A stretch of DNA of 63,802 bases, filler included, from Guillardia theta CCMP2712 (taxonomy: Eukaryota; Protista; Cryptophyta), in the NCBI RefSeq assembly GCF_000315625.1. It is 3 parts of 3 records of this genome, joined end to end, with 100 filler letters (N's around TTAATTAATTAA, not from the genome) between each part and the next. Parts side by side here need not be neighbours in the genome. Positions count along the whole stretch, not along the records: positions 17,438 to 39,045 come from NW_005434359.1; 2 more parts are not named here. One strand, written 5' to 3'. Numbering within the stretch: the stretch's first letter is position 1; the number at the start of each line of letters is the position of its first letter. Positions 26,101 to 38,199 of this stretch are shown piece after piece. The translations under genes were made by a program, and so were the position numbers. Under the pieces are notes generated by a model. That model worked only from the letters and a program-made list of their open reading frames with translations, did no database searches and had not been told where the DNA came from.

Positions 26101-28836
26101 TGAACAGCTGCCACTTTACTTTACTCCCTCCTGTTGGCACTTACCTGGGCCGTCACTGATCACCTGCTCCAGCTGCTCGCACAGCTCCGACAGCTTGACG
26201 CTCTGGCCGTTCCTGTCGAGGATCTCGCGGGAGGGGACGAGGAGGAGGGCGCGCTTGAAGCAGCCCAGCGCCTCCTCCGGCTGCTCCCGAGCTCGCAGGA
26301 GCATCACGCCGAAGTTGATGAGGACCTCGACGTGCGATGGTTGCAGCAGCAGCGCCTTCCTGTACAGGCGCTCTGCCGACGTGAAGTCTTGCTCCTCCTC
26401 CGGCCGCCTGAACGCCAGCAGGTCAGCGTAGAAGGAGAGCGCGTCTGCGTCCTCTGGTGTCCGCTCAACGAGCTCACGGCACAGTGCCTCAGCCCTGCCC
26501 CTGCCCCTGCCCTCCTCCTCCTCCTCCAGCTGCATCACAGCATAGTTGTAGAGCGCTGCCGTGTCCTGCGGGTTCAGCGCCATCACTCGCTCGAGCGCCT
26601 CCTCCGCCTTGTGCTTGTCCCCGCGCAGCTCCTGCTGCAGCACCGCGAAGTTGTAGAGAGCGTCTGCATCGTCCGGTCGGAGCTCCATGGCGCGACGAAG
26701 ATGCTCCTCTGCTTCTGCCATGGCGCCGAGCCCGTGGGTCTCTAGGAGGAGCGTCGCGTAGTTGCTGTGGCAGTGAGAGTCGCTCGGTCGAAGCTCGAGG
26801 ACCCTGCGGTACATGCGAGCCGCTTCCTCCTGCCGCCCCCGCACGCTGTGCTGGAGCACCTGCAAGCCCGTGAAGTGAGGAGAAGGAAACGAGCAGGAGG
26901 GGAGGAGGAGGAGACGCAAGGGGAGGCTTGATGACGTCACCGCGAAGTTGTTGAGAGTGTCGACATGGTCGTCGTCGAGGTCCAGGGCCTTGTTGTACAT
27001 CTCCTCTGCTGCATCGAAACTCCCACTGACCCTCCACGTCACCCGAGCAGCGACAAGTCTGGCAACTTCACCTGGAATGCAGCAGCCTTCCGTAGTTGCA
27101 GAACGTTCGCACTTGAGAGTTGAAATTCAGAGGGAGAAGACACAACCTTTCCTCTTCCTTGCCTCTCCTCCTGCCCTCACTCATCCACACTCACCGTCCG
27201 ACGGGTTCAGCATGATGGATCGCTGGTACAGCCGCGTCGCCTTCTCGAGCTCCTCGTTCTTGCTCTGCAGGATGTCTGCGAGCTGCATCGTGTCAACACA
27301 GGGGGAGGGGGCAGGGATCCTTTCTCACCTCCCTAAGCGCCGCAGCATCATCGCTCCCTTCTCCCTCGTCCTCGAGCTGCTGCTGCTCCTTCTTGACGTC
27401 CCGTTCCTGCATCACCTCGAGCAACTCAGAGTCATTGGGAGAGGAGGAGGAGGAGGAGGAGGAGGAGGGGGGGGGGGGGGGGGGGCGGGGAGTGCGGTGG
27501 GACGCAAGAATGATTTCATTCCCAAAGAACCGATGATAAGTCAAGACATCAAGAAAAAACACCCTAACTCCCTTCGTTGCCACAAAGGCTTGGCTCTTCG
27601 ACTGCTCGGCAAGATAGTCGACAATGCCGACGAGCTCATCAACCAAATCGAAGCAACCTTATCTAGCGAAGACACGAGGGGCGTTAGAGCATTTTGGAGT
27701 GCAAACCAGCAACTGATGATTGGGATCGAGCGAGAAGGGACAGATGACTGGATCTTTCTATCACTGCTACCTGCAAACACAATCACGAAAGCAATTGTAG
27801 CACTAGAAGATCGGATGAAACAACATGGGAGATAGCAGGATACCGTGATCTCACGGATCATCTCCCAATGCAAAGGGTTGAGAGCTAGAGGACGCTGACC
27901 ATACACGATTCTTCCTCAGCGTCACGCATGCACGAAACCAAGGGACCTGCTTNNNNNNNNNNNNNNNNNNNNNNNNNNNNNNNNNNNNNNNNNNNNNNNN
28001 NNNNNNNNNNNNNNNNNNNNNNNNNNNNNNNNNNNNNNNNNNNNNNNNNNNNGATGACAACAACCATGCACCCTAGAAAATGTTCAGAGCAAGACCAGCG
28101 ATCTTGAATAGCTTACAAAAGAGGAATTCGACTCCTCAGGCGAGAAGAACACGGAGCCCGGAAAAGCATAGAGAGTCTCGCCTGGATAGAGCACACTGCC
28201 GTCGCACAAGCGACGAGCAATTCCATCCTCATCGCCCCTGAATGATGTCAAACACGACCCGGGATCATCTGTCCTTGGTTCGCCAGGGATGGGGCTTGGG
28301 AACGGAGAGGAAGTAGGAGCAAAGGCAAGCATGTGGTGAGGACGCTTGTTGGAGCTTCCTATGCATGGAATAGGACAATTGATCTGCATGAAGCATGAGA
28401 TGCTTGCTACCCGATGATTCAACGTACTTGCGACGGCGCTGTAAGCAAGAGCCCCCCATGCCCAGCAACTACAAAAGTGAAATTCTCCCCGAGGACGTGG
28501 AGGAGGAGGAGGAGGACTGGTTTGTTTTATGTTGAGGGCATCACCTGGTGCTCCTGTTCTGCTCGCTGTATCGCCTCCACCTTGTCGCTTGCTCGCTTGC
28601 TCTTGTCCACCTGCCCTCCTCGTAGCCCGAGGGCCGCGAAGAGCTTCTGCAGGCACGGCACGTTGCACACAGAGTGCAGATGTTGACACAGGAGCTGCAG
28701 ACAAGCTTCAGCTGGACCTCAGCAGGCAGCAGTCGCTCACGGTTATGCCCCCGGAGCGCGAGGCCTGGGCAGAAGCATCGCAGAGAGCCAGGAGGAAGAA
28801 AGAGAAGCACAAGAACCTTGACACACCAGACCTCAT
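26089..28836 (-). CDS. TPR-repeat protein; probable signal-peptide-bearing N-terminus beyond the gap
   Basis: Tandem TPRs in 26145-27280 (AEEMYNKALDLDDDHVDTLNNFA, AEEHLRRAMELRPDDADALYNFA, AERLYRKALLLQPSHVEVLINFG). Upstream exon MRSGVSRFLCFSFFLLALCDA starts at 28836. The link across the gap is unproven. Confidence 0.7.
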
Positions 28837-29493
28837 GCTGCCTCCTCCGAATGCTTCAGGCACATGCCAGTTGACCTCTAGCCTGCTTGCAACCCCAGGA
28901 GCTTCAGCTCGACATACCTCAGGCCCATCCTTGCATGCACAAGAGCTCTCAACGCCTGACTTGCTTTCCTCTCCCCCTCGTCCCCTCACTGACTTCCTCA
29001 TTCCCCCTTGTTTATCTCCTTCTCCTGTTCTCCTCTCTTCTTCTCTGCCGTTCTCACCAACATACTGTAACTCTCCTCTCCTCTTCCTCTCCCTTCCCCT
29101 TCGTTCCCTCTCTCATCATCTTCTCTCATCATCTTCTTCTTCTCTCTTGTTATCGTCGTCGTCGTCGTCGTCATCATCATCATCCTCCTCCTCCTCCTCC
29201 TCCTCCTCTTCTTCTCGTTCTCTTCCCTCCTACTGGCTGCCCTTCATGGAAGGAGCTTGATGTGATGGTATGAGGGGGATGAATTCTGGTATGAGGGGGA
29301 TGATTATGATTACTATACTTCATCGGAGTCATTCAAGCCGCGGCGGGCCCGGGTCGCTAGTCCATTTTATGATACAGCAGCCTATGTACACTGACGTTCC
29401 TCCTCCTCCTCCTCCACCTCCTCCTCCTCCTCGATGCTCCCAGGCTCAGGTAGTTCTCAGCCTCGCCGGCCGCAGTCACCGGGCGGCTTCAAC

Positions 29494-31434
29494 TTATTTC
29501 CTGCCAGTGCTCTCATGGTAAACCTGCCCGCCGCGCGAAAGGGTCAAGCTCCAGCTGTCTCTAAGAGGCTAGTCTCACCTTCCACTCCCCGTTCATCCCC
29601 GGGCCTCCTTGTGCTCCGATATGCCCGGGCCTGCAAGTCACATGGCCTGTCAGGCGCCAGCGAGGCACCGAACTGCGACACCACCTTCCCTCCTGCCCTT
29701 GAGGCCCCTGCTCCCCCACAGCTCCTCGCAGCCCGGGTCTCCCCATGGGTCCCTGGGAGGAAGAGTGAGCGACGGATACGGCAGCTTCTAGTCTTGCCAT
29801 GCTCCCTGGCGGACCCGGCGGGCCCTGCCCTCCTTCTACCCCTGCCCTCAGCCAGTCAGTCACCAGTAAGAGGAGCAACAAGCGAAGACCTGGAGGGCCG
29901 GGGTAGCCCATCAACCCCATAAAACCAGCAGGACCAGTGGGACCCTGAGAAAAGTGAGAGGAGAAGGGAGGAGCAAGACGTTGAGGGAGGAGCAAGACGT
30001 TGAGGGAGGAAGAAGACGTTGAAGGAGGAGCAAGACGTTGAGGGAGGAAGAAGACGTTGAGGGAGGAGCAAGACGTTGAGGGAGGAGCAAGACGTTGAGG
30101 GACGAAGAAGACGTTGAAGGAGGAGCAAGACGTTGAGGGAGGAAGAAGACGTTGAGGGAGGAGCAAGACGTTGAGGGAGGAAGAAGACGTTGAGGGAGGA
30201 GCAAGACGTTGAGGGAGGAAGAAGACGTTGAGGGAGGAGCAAGACGTTGAGGGAGGAGCAAGACGTTGAGGGAGGAGCAAGACGTTGAGGGAGGAGGAAG
30301 GGACGGGTACCGGCTTCCCCTCAGCCCCAGGAACCCCAGGAGGACCTTCAGGGCCCGACAAGCCTCCGGGTCCGACCACACTGACCAGGTCGCGTCAGTC
30401 ACTGCACATGCGGAGGAGCCACGGCGTGCCTGCTCCTTCCATCCCGCCCGTCAATGCCCGGAACTCCCTGCGGTCCAGGCAGCCCAGGCATCTGGAGCAG
30501 AGTCAGCGACGTCGCGAGGGAAGGGAGGAGACCTTGTGGAGGAGCCAGACTTGCCTCCTCAGCCTTGTGTTTTGCCGGATGAGATCCTATGCCGCAATCA
30601 GAGGGAGGGGAAGGCAGGGAGGGGAAGGGAGGGGGAAGAGGGAAGGCAGGGAGGGGAAGGGAGGGGGAAGAGGGAAGGGCAGCCATTCTCACCTCAAGCT
30701 TGCGCTCGAACTCTCCCAGCTGCTCACCGACGGAGTCAGCGGTATACGCGTCCTCCTCTTTCATGGAGTCAAGAGCGTTGGTGAGCTACGGGAGGAACAT
30801 GTGAGGGCAGCAAGCCAAGCAGGTCTAGGCCTTCACCACGATCAGGTCCTGGTGATTCTTGCGATTCAACTCCTCTATCTCCTCCAGCGCCTTCTTCGGG
30901 ATCGAGTACTCCTCCTGCCTCATCGCTCATCGCAGCATCACAGGCATCGCACCTCACCTGGCTCTCCCCCTCCTTCTCCTCGCTCGGTTCGCCTTCCCCC
31001 TGCATCTCCATCAACTTGAAGCACCACTCTCGCAGCAGCACTCACCGTGCTCAACTTTGAGGACCCTCCTGCTGCTCCTCGCTTTCCAATCCTTATGGTG
31101 ATCGGAGGTTTGGGAACGGCGATGGCAGGCGGCACCTGCTCGCGGTGAGGGACGGGAGTGAAGCGCGTGAGCGTACAAGTACTCGACTTCCTCTCGAGTT
31201 CACGACGACGCCAGCAATATGCTTCATGTCATTCTGACTTGTCGTCAGAGAACAAGAAAACACTCACGTGTAGTCCGAGACACAAATCGGACAAGGAACA
31301 GAACATTGACATCATCGCATTACCTGCAGCTCATGCTCGTCTAGCAATGCTACAGCACTTCCGCTCCTCGTCAACTCCTTGTAGCTCACCAGAAGGACGA
31401 GAGGAACGAGGAGGAGAAACCTGGGAGCTCCCAT
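29494..31434 (-). CDS. Secreted collagen-like (Gly-X-Y) protein
   Basis: Signal MGAPRFLLLVPLVLL. Successive small exons of Gly-X-Y (GLPGPQGVPGIDGRDG, GPEGPPGVPGAEG, GPTGPAGFMGLMGYPGPPG, GPMGRPGLRGAVGEQGPQG). Confidence 0.8.
29964..30296. repeat. 19-bp minisatellite, ~17.5 copies, intronic
   Basis: Unit GAGGGAGGA(GC/AG)AAGACGTT head-to-tail with no spacers. Confidence 0.95.
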
Positions 31435-31899
31435 CAGCACTGGACATATCCACACGGACCCCCCCCCGTGTGGTGTGAAGAGCGGGTCGTTCCCCGGGAC
31501 ACACTGACATCGCTGCTGGTCTCTTCTCTTCTCTCGCTAGTCTCCACTTGTCTTTTTTCGATCAAGTAAAGCCTAACCTTCTCTCTTCTTCTCACCTGCC
31601 TGTCTATCTAGCATGACCATCAATGGCAGGTTCTCCCACCTCAACTAGACCGTTCTCGTCCTCCTTTATTACATCTGACACCCTGCTCCTACCTCCTACC
31701 TGCACCCTGTACCTCCTGATCCTGATTCTGCTCCTGCTCCTGCTCCTGCTCCTCTCTCGTTCTCGTTCTCGTTCTCCTGATCCTGCTGCTCTCTCATTCT
31801 ACTGTTCCTTCTCCTGCTCCTTCTCCTGCTCCTCCTCCTGCTCTCCCACGTTTCCTGCTCATGCCACTAAACTTACCATCGTTTCGCCATTCCCAAGCG

Positions 31900-32200
31900 T
31901 CGCCCTACCCCCACCCCCCCTGTCCTCCTAGATCAGGGTTCTCTCACCACCCTACCCTACGACCTTCAAAGTACCCCTAATCTAATCGTGGATGACCCCA
32001 CTACCCCACCCCTCAGTCCAGCCTTCTTTCCTCCCCACTGTACGGGTGATATTGACCCCCGCAGTGTTGTGGGAGGGTTGTGCATTTTGAAAATGGCAGT
32101 GGGTGGGGGTACCTTCTTGAAGGTGATGATGGGGTGCTTTTGCAGACAAATAGGGGGGTAGTAGAGCGATGCTACTGAGAAGGGTAGGGTGGGTGATAGG
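31900..32200. promoter_or_regulatory. Putative bidirectional promoter block with ACCCC/GGGGT motifs
   Basis: Lies between the divergent collagen and ABC1 genes. TACCCC/CACCCC occur on the left and GGGGTA on the right. Similar blocks lie upstream of other genes. Confidence 0.45.
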
Positions 32201-32341
32201 GAGCCCATGCAAGGGAGGGAGCAATGCTGAGGGAGGGAGGGAGGGGGGGAGGGAGGGAGGGAGGGAGGAGGGTGAAGGAGGATGAAGAAGGACGAAAGAG
32301 GATGAGGCTGGAGAAAGGAGGGAAGGGCAGGGAATAAAGCC

Positions 32342-35191
32342 ATGGAGGAGGAGGTAGTAGGATGCAACAATGAATTGCACACCATAGAAAGTTTGGAAAG
32401 GAGATGGCATGCGGTAGTACAGGAGGTACAAAGACAACGACCGTCCAGTCATCAAGAATACTACGAGCACATCTTTCATGTACCTCCTACAAGCACATCT
32501 TTCATGTACCTCCTACAAGCACATCTTTCATGTACCTCCTTTTCCTTCAGTTCGCTGACATCTTCCTGATATCGGCAGGCAAAAGGTCGGGCGATAGTGG
32601 CCAGGCCGATCTCTGTGGATAGCTCCCTCAAGGGGATGCTGAGCTCATTCTTCTACTTGCTGACGCTCGTCCCCTGGCTGTGTCCTCCTCTGTGGCCTGT
32701 CCTCCTCCTCTATCACACCTCCTCCTTCTTAGTCGGCTCCTTCTCGTCTGTTCTGCATCACAAGCGACCGCAGTCGGCTCCTCTCGACGCGTCAGGATGC
32801 TGGCCTCCTTTGGTCCTGCTGGCATGGCTGACCCTCAAGGCGGGGGAAGTGCTGTATGCGTGCTTGAGGAGGGGGGCTGATGGAGCTGCGGACAAGCCTG
32901 AAGGAGCAGGAAGCAACTCCATGATCAAGAGCAACTCTGTGGAGCTGCTGTACCAGACCCCCGGCTCCTCGCCGCCTCCTTTCGATCTGGTTTCTCCTCA
33001 GGAGAGAGAAGAGGGCGCGAAGGAGGACAGCGACAGCGAGAGCAGGGAGAGCACTCGCCCTCTGACCGTGCGGGAGAGGCTCAGAAACATCGGCTCCACC
33101 ATCGCCGTAGTCCGTCGCCTTGGCATCTCCTCCATGCTCTACGAGTCGTACCGAGGGGGAGGGGGCGCGCGAGGGGACCAGGCGAATATCCGGCTGGGGA
33201 TCAACAGGAGCATGCGGGCGTACAACCTCTTCGAGGAGATCAGGCAGGACTACGTGCGGAGCATGAAAAACCTGCCGGAGCGAGAGGAGGAGCGCGAGCA
33301 AGTGATGCGCAAGGTGCACGAGCGGTCGGCGCGCAAGTGCCTGGACCTCGCGAGGACCAACGGGGGTCTCTACACCAAGGCGGCTCAGTTCGTGGCGTCG
33401 CTGCAGGGAGGAGCAGGAGACAAGGGGATCCCCAAGCCCTACGTGGAAGTGCTGCGAGTGCTCACAGACGCTGCCCCCCACCATCCCTTCGCTGAGATGG
33501 AGTCCGTCATCGTGCGCGAGCTCGGCAGCCCCGCCTCCCACATCTTCCTGCGCTTCGATGAGGTTCCCATCGCCGCCGCCTCCTTGGCTCAGGTCCATCG
33601 CGCGCAGCTGCCGGACGGGATGGAGGTGGCGGTCAAGATCTTGTACCCCAGCCTCCGCCGGGAGATGGCCTCCGACTTCGCCATGTTCCGCAGGCTCGGC
33701 TCGCAGATCCGCCCGGGCGGCTACGACATGGGCTGGCTGGTCGAGGACTTTGAGCGAACCCTCCGCTCTGAGCTCGACTGCGAGCACGAGGCGCGAAACT
33801 GCGAGCGAGCGGCGAAGCTGCTGGAGGGGCGAGAGAGCGTGAGATTCCCGCGGGTGGTGTGGAGTCTGACGAGGAAGGACATCCTCGTGATGCAGTTCAT
33901 GCACGGACTCCTGCGCATCTCCGAGCCCGAGGCTCTGCTAGCGAGCGGGCTCGAGCTGGAGGAGTGCGGGCAGGTCGTCAGCGACGTTCTCACCGAGCTC
34001 GCGCTTGTTCATGGCTGCGTGCATGGAGACCCGCACGCGGGGAACATCTACCTGGTGGCCCGAGAGGTGGAGGGGTCGAGCCGAGTGAAGCCAGCGCTGG
34101 TGATGCTGGACCACGGGCTGTATCACCACGTGGAGGAGCGGGTAAGGAAGGACCTCTGCCTCCTCTTCCTCGCCTGCATCGCCAGGAACAAGCGCGAGAT
34201 TCAGAGGCTGTCGCACAAGTGCGTTGGCCCGCTCCATCGCTTCTTCCCCCTCCTCCTCTCCCCCTGGTTCGTGCTCGGCACTTCTCTATCGTACGAGGAC
34301 GTGAAGGCAGCCAAGGAGAACAAGCTGCCGCCCTCGGTCAGCGGCAAGGACGTGAGCGATGCCATGACGTCACTGCACATGATGGAGGGAAACATCCTCG
34401 GCGTCCTCCACTCCTTCGGCTACGTCCGCGGCCTCCTCAACTGCCTCAATTTCGGCGAGCGCAAGCGGCTCAAGAGCATCGCCCGGCTCGCTCTGCTCGG
34501 CGTCGCTCCGCCTGACGTCGCCCACCAGGCCCTCGTGCATGGCGACAGTCGGTTGCCCTGGTCCTGGCGCCTCCGCCTGTGGAAGGCGAAGATGGACGTG
34601 GACGTGACGGCTGCGATGCTGCAAGTGCTGGCCACCGCGACCAGCTCCGAGTTGCCGACCCAGCAGACCCCCTGGCCCTTCGTGCTGGTCGCTACCCTCC
34701 TCATCAGTGTCGGCAAGAACCCTCTCCTCCTCTTCCTCGTGCGCCTCCTCGGCATCTCCTTCGAGTTGGGCTCGACTCCCAAGGAGCGAGCGGGAGGGGA
34801 GGAAGAGAGCCGCATGGAAGCCTCTCGCGACGAGGATTCTCAGCTCGATGACGTAGTCAGCCGAGCTGAGAGCGACATCTACTACCAGCTGGCTGCCAGC
34901 TCGCCCATGACGCAGGACTCGGACAGCTTCTACAAGGAGGAGGAGGAGGAGGCGCTCGACGACTGGGTCGCCTCCAAGTCGGAGCCTCTCGCAGCCGCTC
35001 GCCCCCCAGTCAACCTCGCGGGCGTCCTGTCGACCAGCAGGAGGGGCGTCGTGAACCTCGTGACGGCGACGCTGAGGCGGGTGGCGAGGAGGGAGGCAGA
35101 GCCCGCGGCTGGCTCGCAGGCATCAGTGAGAGCCAGGAGGCTGCGACACTTCTCGCCGACCCGATCGGGAGCGAAGAGGCCGTGGGTGTGA
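32342..35191 (+). CDS. ABC1/UbiB atypical kinase, ADCK1-like
   Basis: NGGLYTKAAQFVASL, PIAAASLAQVHRA, VAVKILYP, ELD..HEARN, HGDPHAGN, LDHGLY. Exon 1 (32342-32479) joins in frame through intron 32480-32578 to an uninterrupted 2.6-kb exon. Confidence 0.92.
32461..32540 (+). repeat. 26-bp tandem repeat x3 spanning a splice donor
   Basis: AGCACATCTTTCATGTACCTCCT starts at 32466, 32492 and 32518. Confidence 0.9.
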
Positions 35192-35247
35192 GGAAGGAGA
35201 GAGAGGAGAGGAGAGGAGAGAGAAGAAGAATGTATTGAACTAGCAAG

Positions 35248-35742
35248 TTACCGTCCGCCTCCCAGCGACTCCTCTGACCCTCCAGCGACATTGAAGTCGA
35301 GTGCTCGCAGCTTCGCCTTCTTGCGGAGCTCGACGGCTGCGATGGATCGAGCTTTCTCGGCGACCTTGCGAACTTCGAGGGTGACGTGAAGAACCTGCGG
35401 GTGACAGAAGAGCGAGCATGAGACAAGAAGAGCGAGGATGAGACAGGAGGAGCGACGAGCAAGAGGTTCAACTGACCTCTGCCACCACATCTCTGTCGGA
35501 GCTCTCGGTCGAGCTGCTGGAGGAGACGAACTTGAACTTTGACAGCAGGTTTCCCCACCGGTCATAGCAGATCACAAACTGAAATCACTCTTCGTCACTC
35601 CCTGCTGCCCCTCCATGCACTGCTGCTGCTGCTGCTGCTGCTATGTGTCTCCTCCTCCTCCTCTCTCCTGCACCTGCTGCTGCTGCTGCTGCTGCTATGT
35701 GTCTCCTCCTCCTCCTCTCTCCTCCTCCTCCTCTCTCCTGCA

Positions 35743-35775
<33 letters not shown>

Positions 35776-38098
35776 CCTCTCTTCTTTCACCTTGTTTTTG
35801 TTCTTGTCTGTCGCCACCCCTGACCCGAATCGCTTCCCCTGCCGCCATCCCCCGGAGTAAAAGAGCCCGTTGGAGAACTCGTACACCCCAACCCTGACCA
35901 GCCAGTCACTCCCCCCTCCTCTTCCTCCTCCTCCCTTGTTTCTCTCCTCCTCCTCTCCCTCCTCCTCCCTTGTTTCTCTCCTCCTCGTCCTCCTCCCTCT
36001 CTTTTTCACACTTCCTCTCTCCTCGCACCCACTCTGCTTTGCTCGTCCTCCCCCCTTCCCTCTCGCTCGCCTCCTCCCCTTGGGTCTCCGCGGCCTCTCA
36101 CCCATCGCGCAGGTCGTTGTGGAAGGTGCCCTGGTAGAAGGAGCCATCCGGGTAGGCCTCGAACCCGAACCCGCTCGACCGGCTTCTCCTCCACTGCCCC
36201 ATGTAGTTGGTCCCGTCTCGCCACACCATGCTCCCGTACCCGTGCATGCTCCCCCCCCGGAACTGCCCGGCGTACTCCAGCCGACCGTCCGGGTCCTGGG
36301 AGAAGGTGATTGTGCCGTAGCCATGCGGGCGATCCCGAACCACCTCCCCGATGAACTCAGCCCCGTCTTGCAGCTTCAGGCGCGTCACCATAGCCTTTCC
36401 CTCCTCCTCCTCCTCCTCGAACTCCTCCTCCTCCTCGAACTCCTCCTCCTCCACCTCTTCCACACGCTCGTTAGATCGGCTGCTCAGTATCTCTTCTGCT
36501 CCTGACTCCGATCGCTCCTCCTCTGCTCGTCCTCTCGCCATGTCGTCACCTCTGCTCTCGCTGTGGGAGCTCTGAGGGCTCGGCTTCACCTCCGCCCTCG
36601 TCGCCTGCTCTTCTTTCCTCTCCTCCAGCACTGGGACGGCGACACGAGGCGTCAGGGCCGCGAAGAACTCTTTCTCGGACGGGTTTTCGTCTGCTTCAGT
36701 CAGAGCGACGCTCTCCTTGAGAGCCCCGTGCTCGTACCGCACGGCCCGCTCGGGGCAGCCCTCACGTCCTCGCCCATGCTTCTTGTCCATGTAGAAGGAG
36801 CCCTCGTACCTGCCCCGCGTCATCTTGGAGGAGGAGGAGGAGGAGGAGGAGGAGGAGGAAGAGGTTGTGATAGTGGTGGTGATGATGGATGATGATGATG
36901 ATGATGATGATGGTGATGGAGATGATGATGATGATGATGATGATGGAGATGATGATGATGATGATGATGGTGACGATGGTGAGTAGCAGGAGGGAGGCTC
37001 TACCGGGGGAAGGCTTCCTCGTTGGACGGCCAGTGAAGGACCCCGAGGCCTTGCTTCTTCCCCCTCACAAACTCACCCTCGTACACGATCCCGTTGCGCT
37101 TGATCAGCTTCCCGTGTCCATGGTACCTCCCGTCCTGCCACTCCCCCTCGTACACGTCTCCGTTGCTCGCCCTCTGCAGCCCTCGCGGACCCTCTCCGTC
37201 CTCTGCCCTCCGGTCGCTGTGCTGGGATGGCGGGTCGGCTGAGAACTCCAGCATCTTCGCAGCTTGCAGCTGAGGGAGGACGAACGAAGAAGAGAAGGAG
37301 TCTGCGAGCGGGCGCGATCAAGAACCACAAGACGGACAGAGAAGAGGAGACACACCTTGAAGGTCGACATCATCGAGGACGGCTTTGATTGCCTTCATCT
37401 CGCGGGTGATCTCTTGCTTCTGGCGGTCGAGGAGGGTGAGGTGGGAGGGGTCGACGTGCTCGGGCTCGAAGAAGGTTGTCTGATTCCTCAGCGCCGCGAA
37501 CTTGAGGTCCGACACGAACTGCATCACGTCCTCTCCCACCGCCTCTGCCATCTTCACTTCGCTCCTCAGCCTGATCTGCAACGTGTCCATGTCCAGCGGC
37601 TTCTCTTCCGTCCTCTCTCTCAGCTCCGAATGCTCGTACAGGCAGAAGCTCGTCTTCCCTCCCTCCTCCTCCTCTACCCCCACCCCGTGCTGGTATCCCT
37701 CCTCCCACTGCCCGGAGAAGACCTTCCTCCTGTTCGGCCACACGAACTGCCCGAGCCCATGGCGGCTGCTGTTTCTGAACTGACCCACATACCTGCTGCC
37801 GTCGGGGTAGAGCTCTACCCCATGCCCCTCCATCCTGTCCTCCCGCATCTCCCCGACGTACCTCACGCCATCTCGCCACACGATGCTGCCCTTCCCGTGC
37901 CTCCTCCCGTTGGCGATCTCCCCGCAGTATTCGTACACCTTGCTGGGGTCGTTGGGAGGGAACCTGCTGGAGGTCAGCTGGGGTCAGCAGTGCTGCGTCG
38001 CCTGACTCACAGGACCCACACGTTGAGACCCTCGCGAGCGAAGAGAGGACGATCAAGATTGCTGCTAGACTTGTCCACGAAGGACAGCTCTGCGACAT
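35248..38098 (-). CDS. MORN-repeat protein
   Basis: Many MORN units (YCGEIANGRRHGKGSIVW, YVGQFRNSSRHGLG, YEGEWQDGRYHGHG, YAGQFRGGSMHGYG, YQGTFHNDLRDG). Hydrophobic N-terminus. Confidence 0.88.
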
Positions 38099-38199
38099 CA
38101 GCACATCACTCCCTGTCCTCCTCCCTCCCTCCCAGCTCCTCTCCTGCCTTCCTCCACTGCTCTCATCTTTCTCTACAACTCATAGCGCTCTCACAGACA

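Noticed and set aside
29964-30296. CRISPR-like regular repeats
   Set aside because: There are no unique spacers or cas genes, and it lies in a eukaryotic intron; it is a minisatellite.
30787-30837. GC-AG intron in the collagen gene
   Set aside because: An in-frame GT donor lies six nt upstream, so no non-canonical site is needed.
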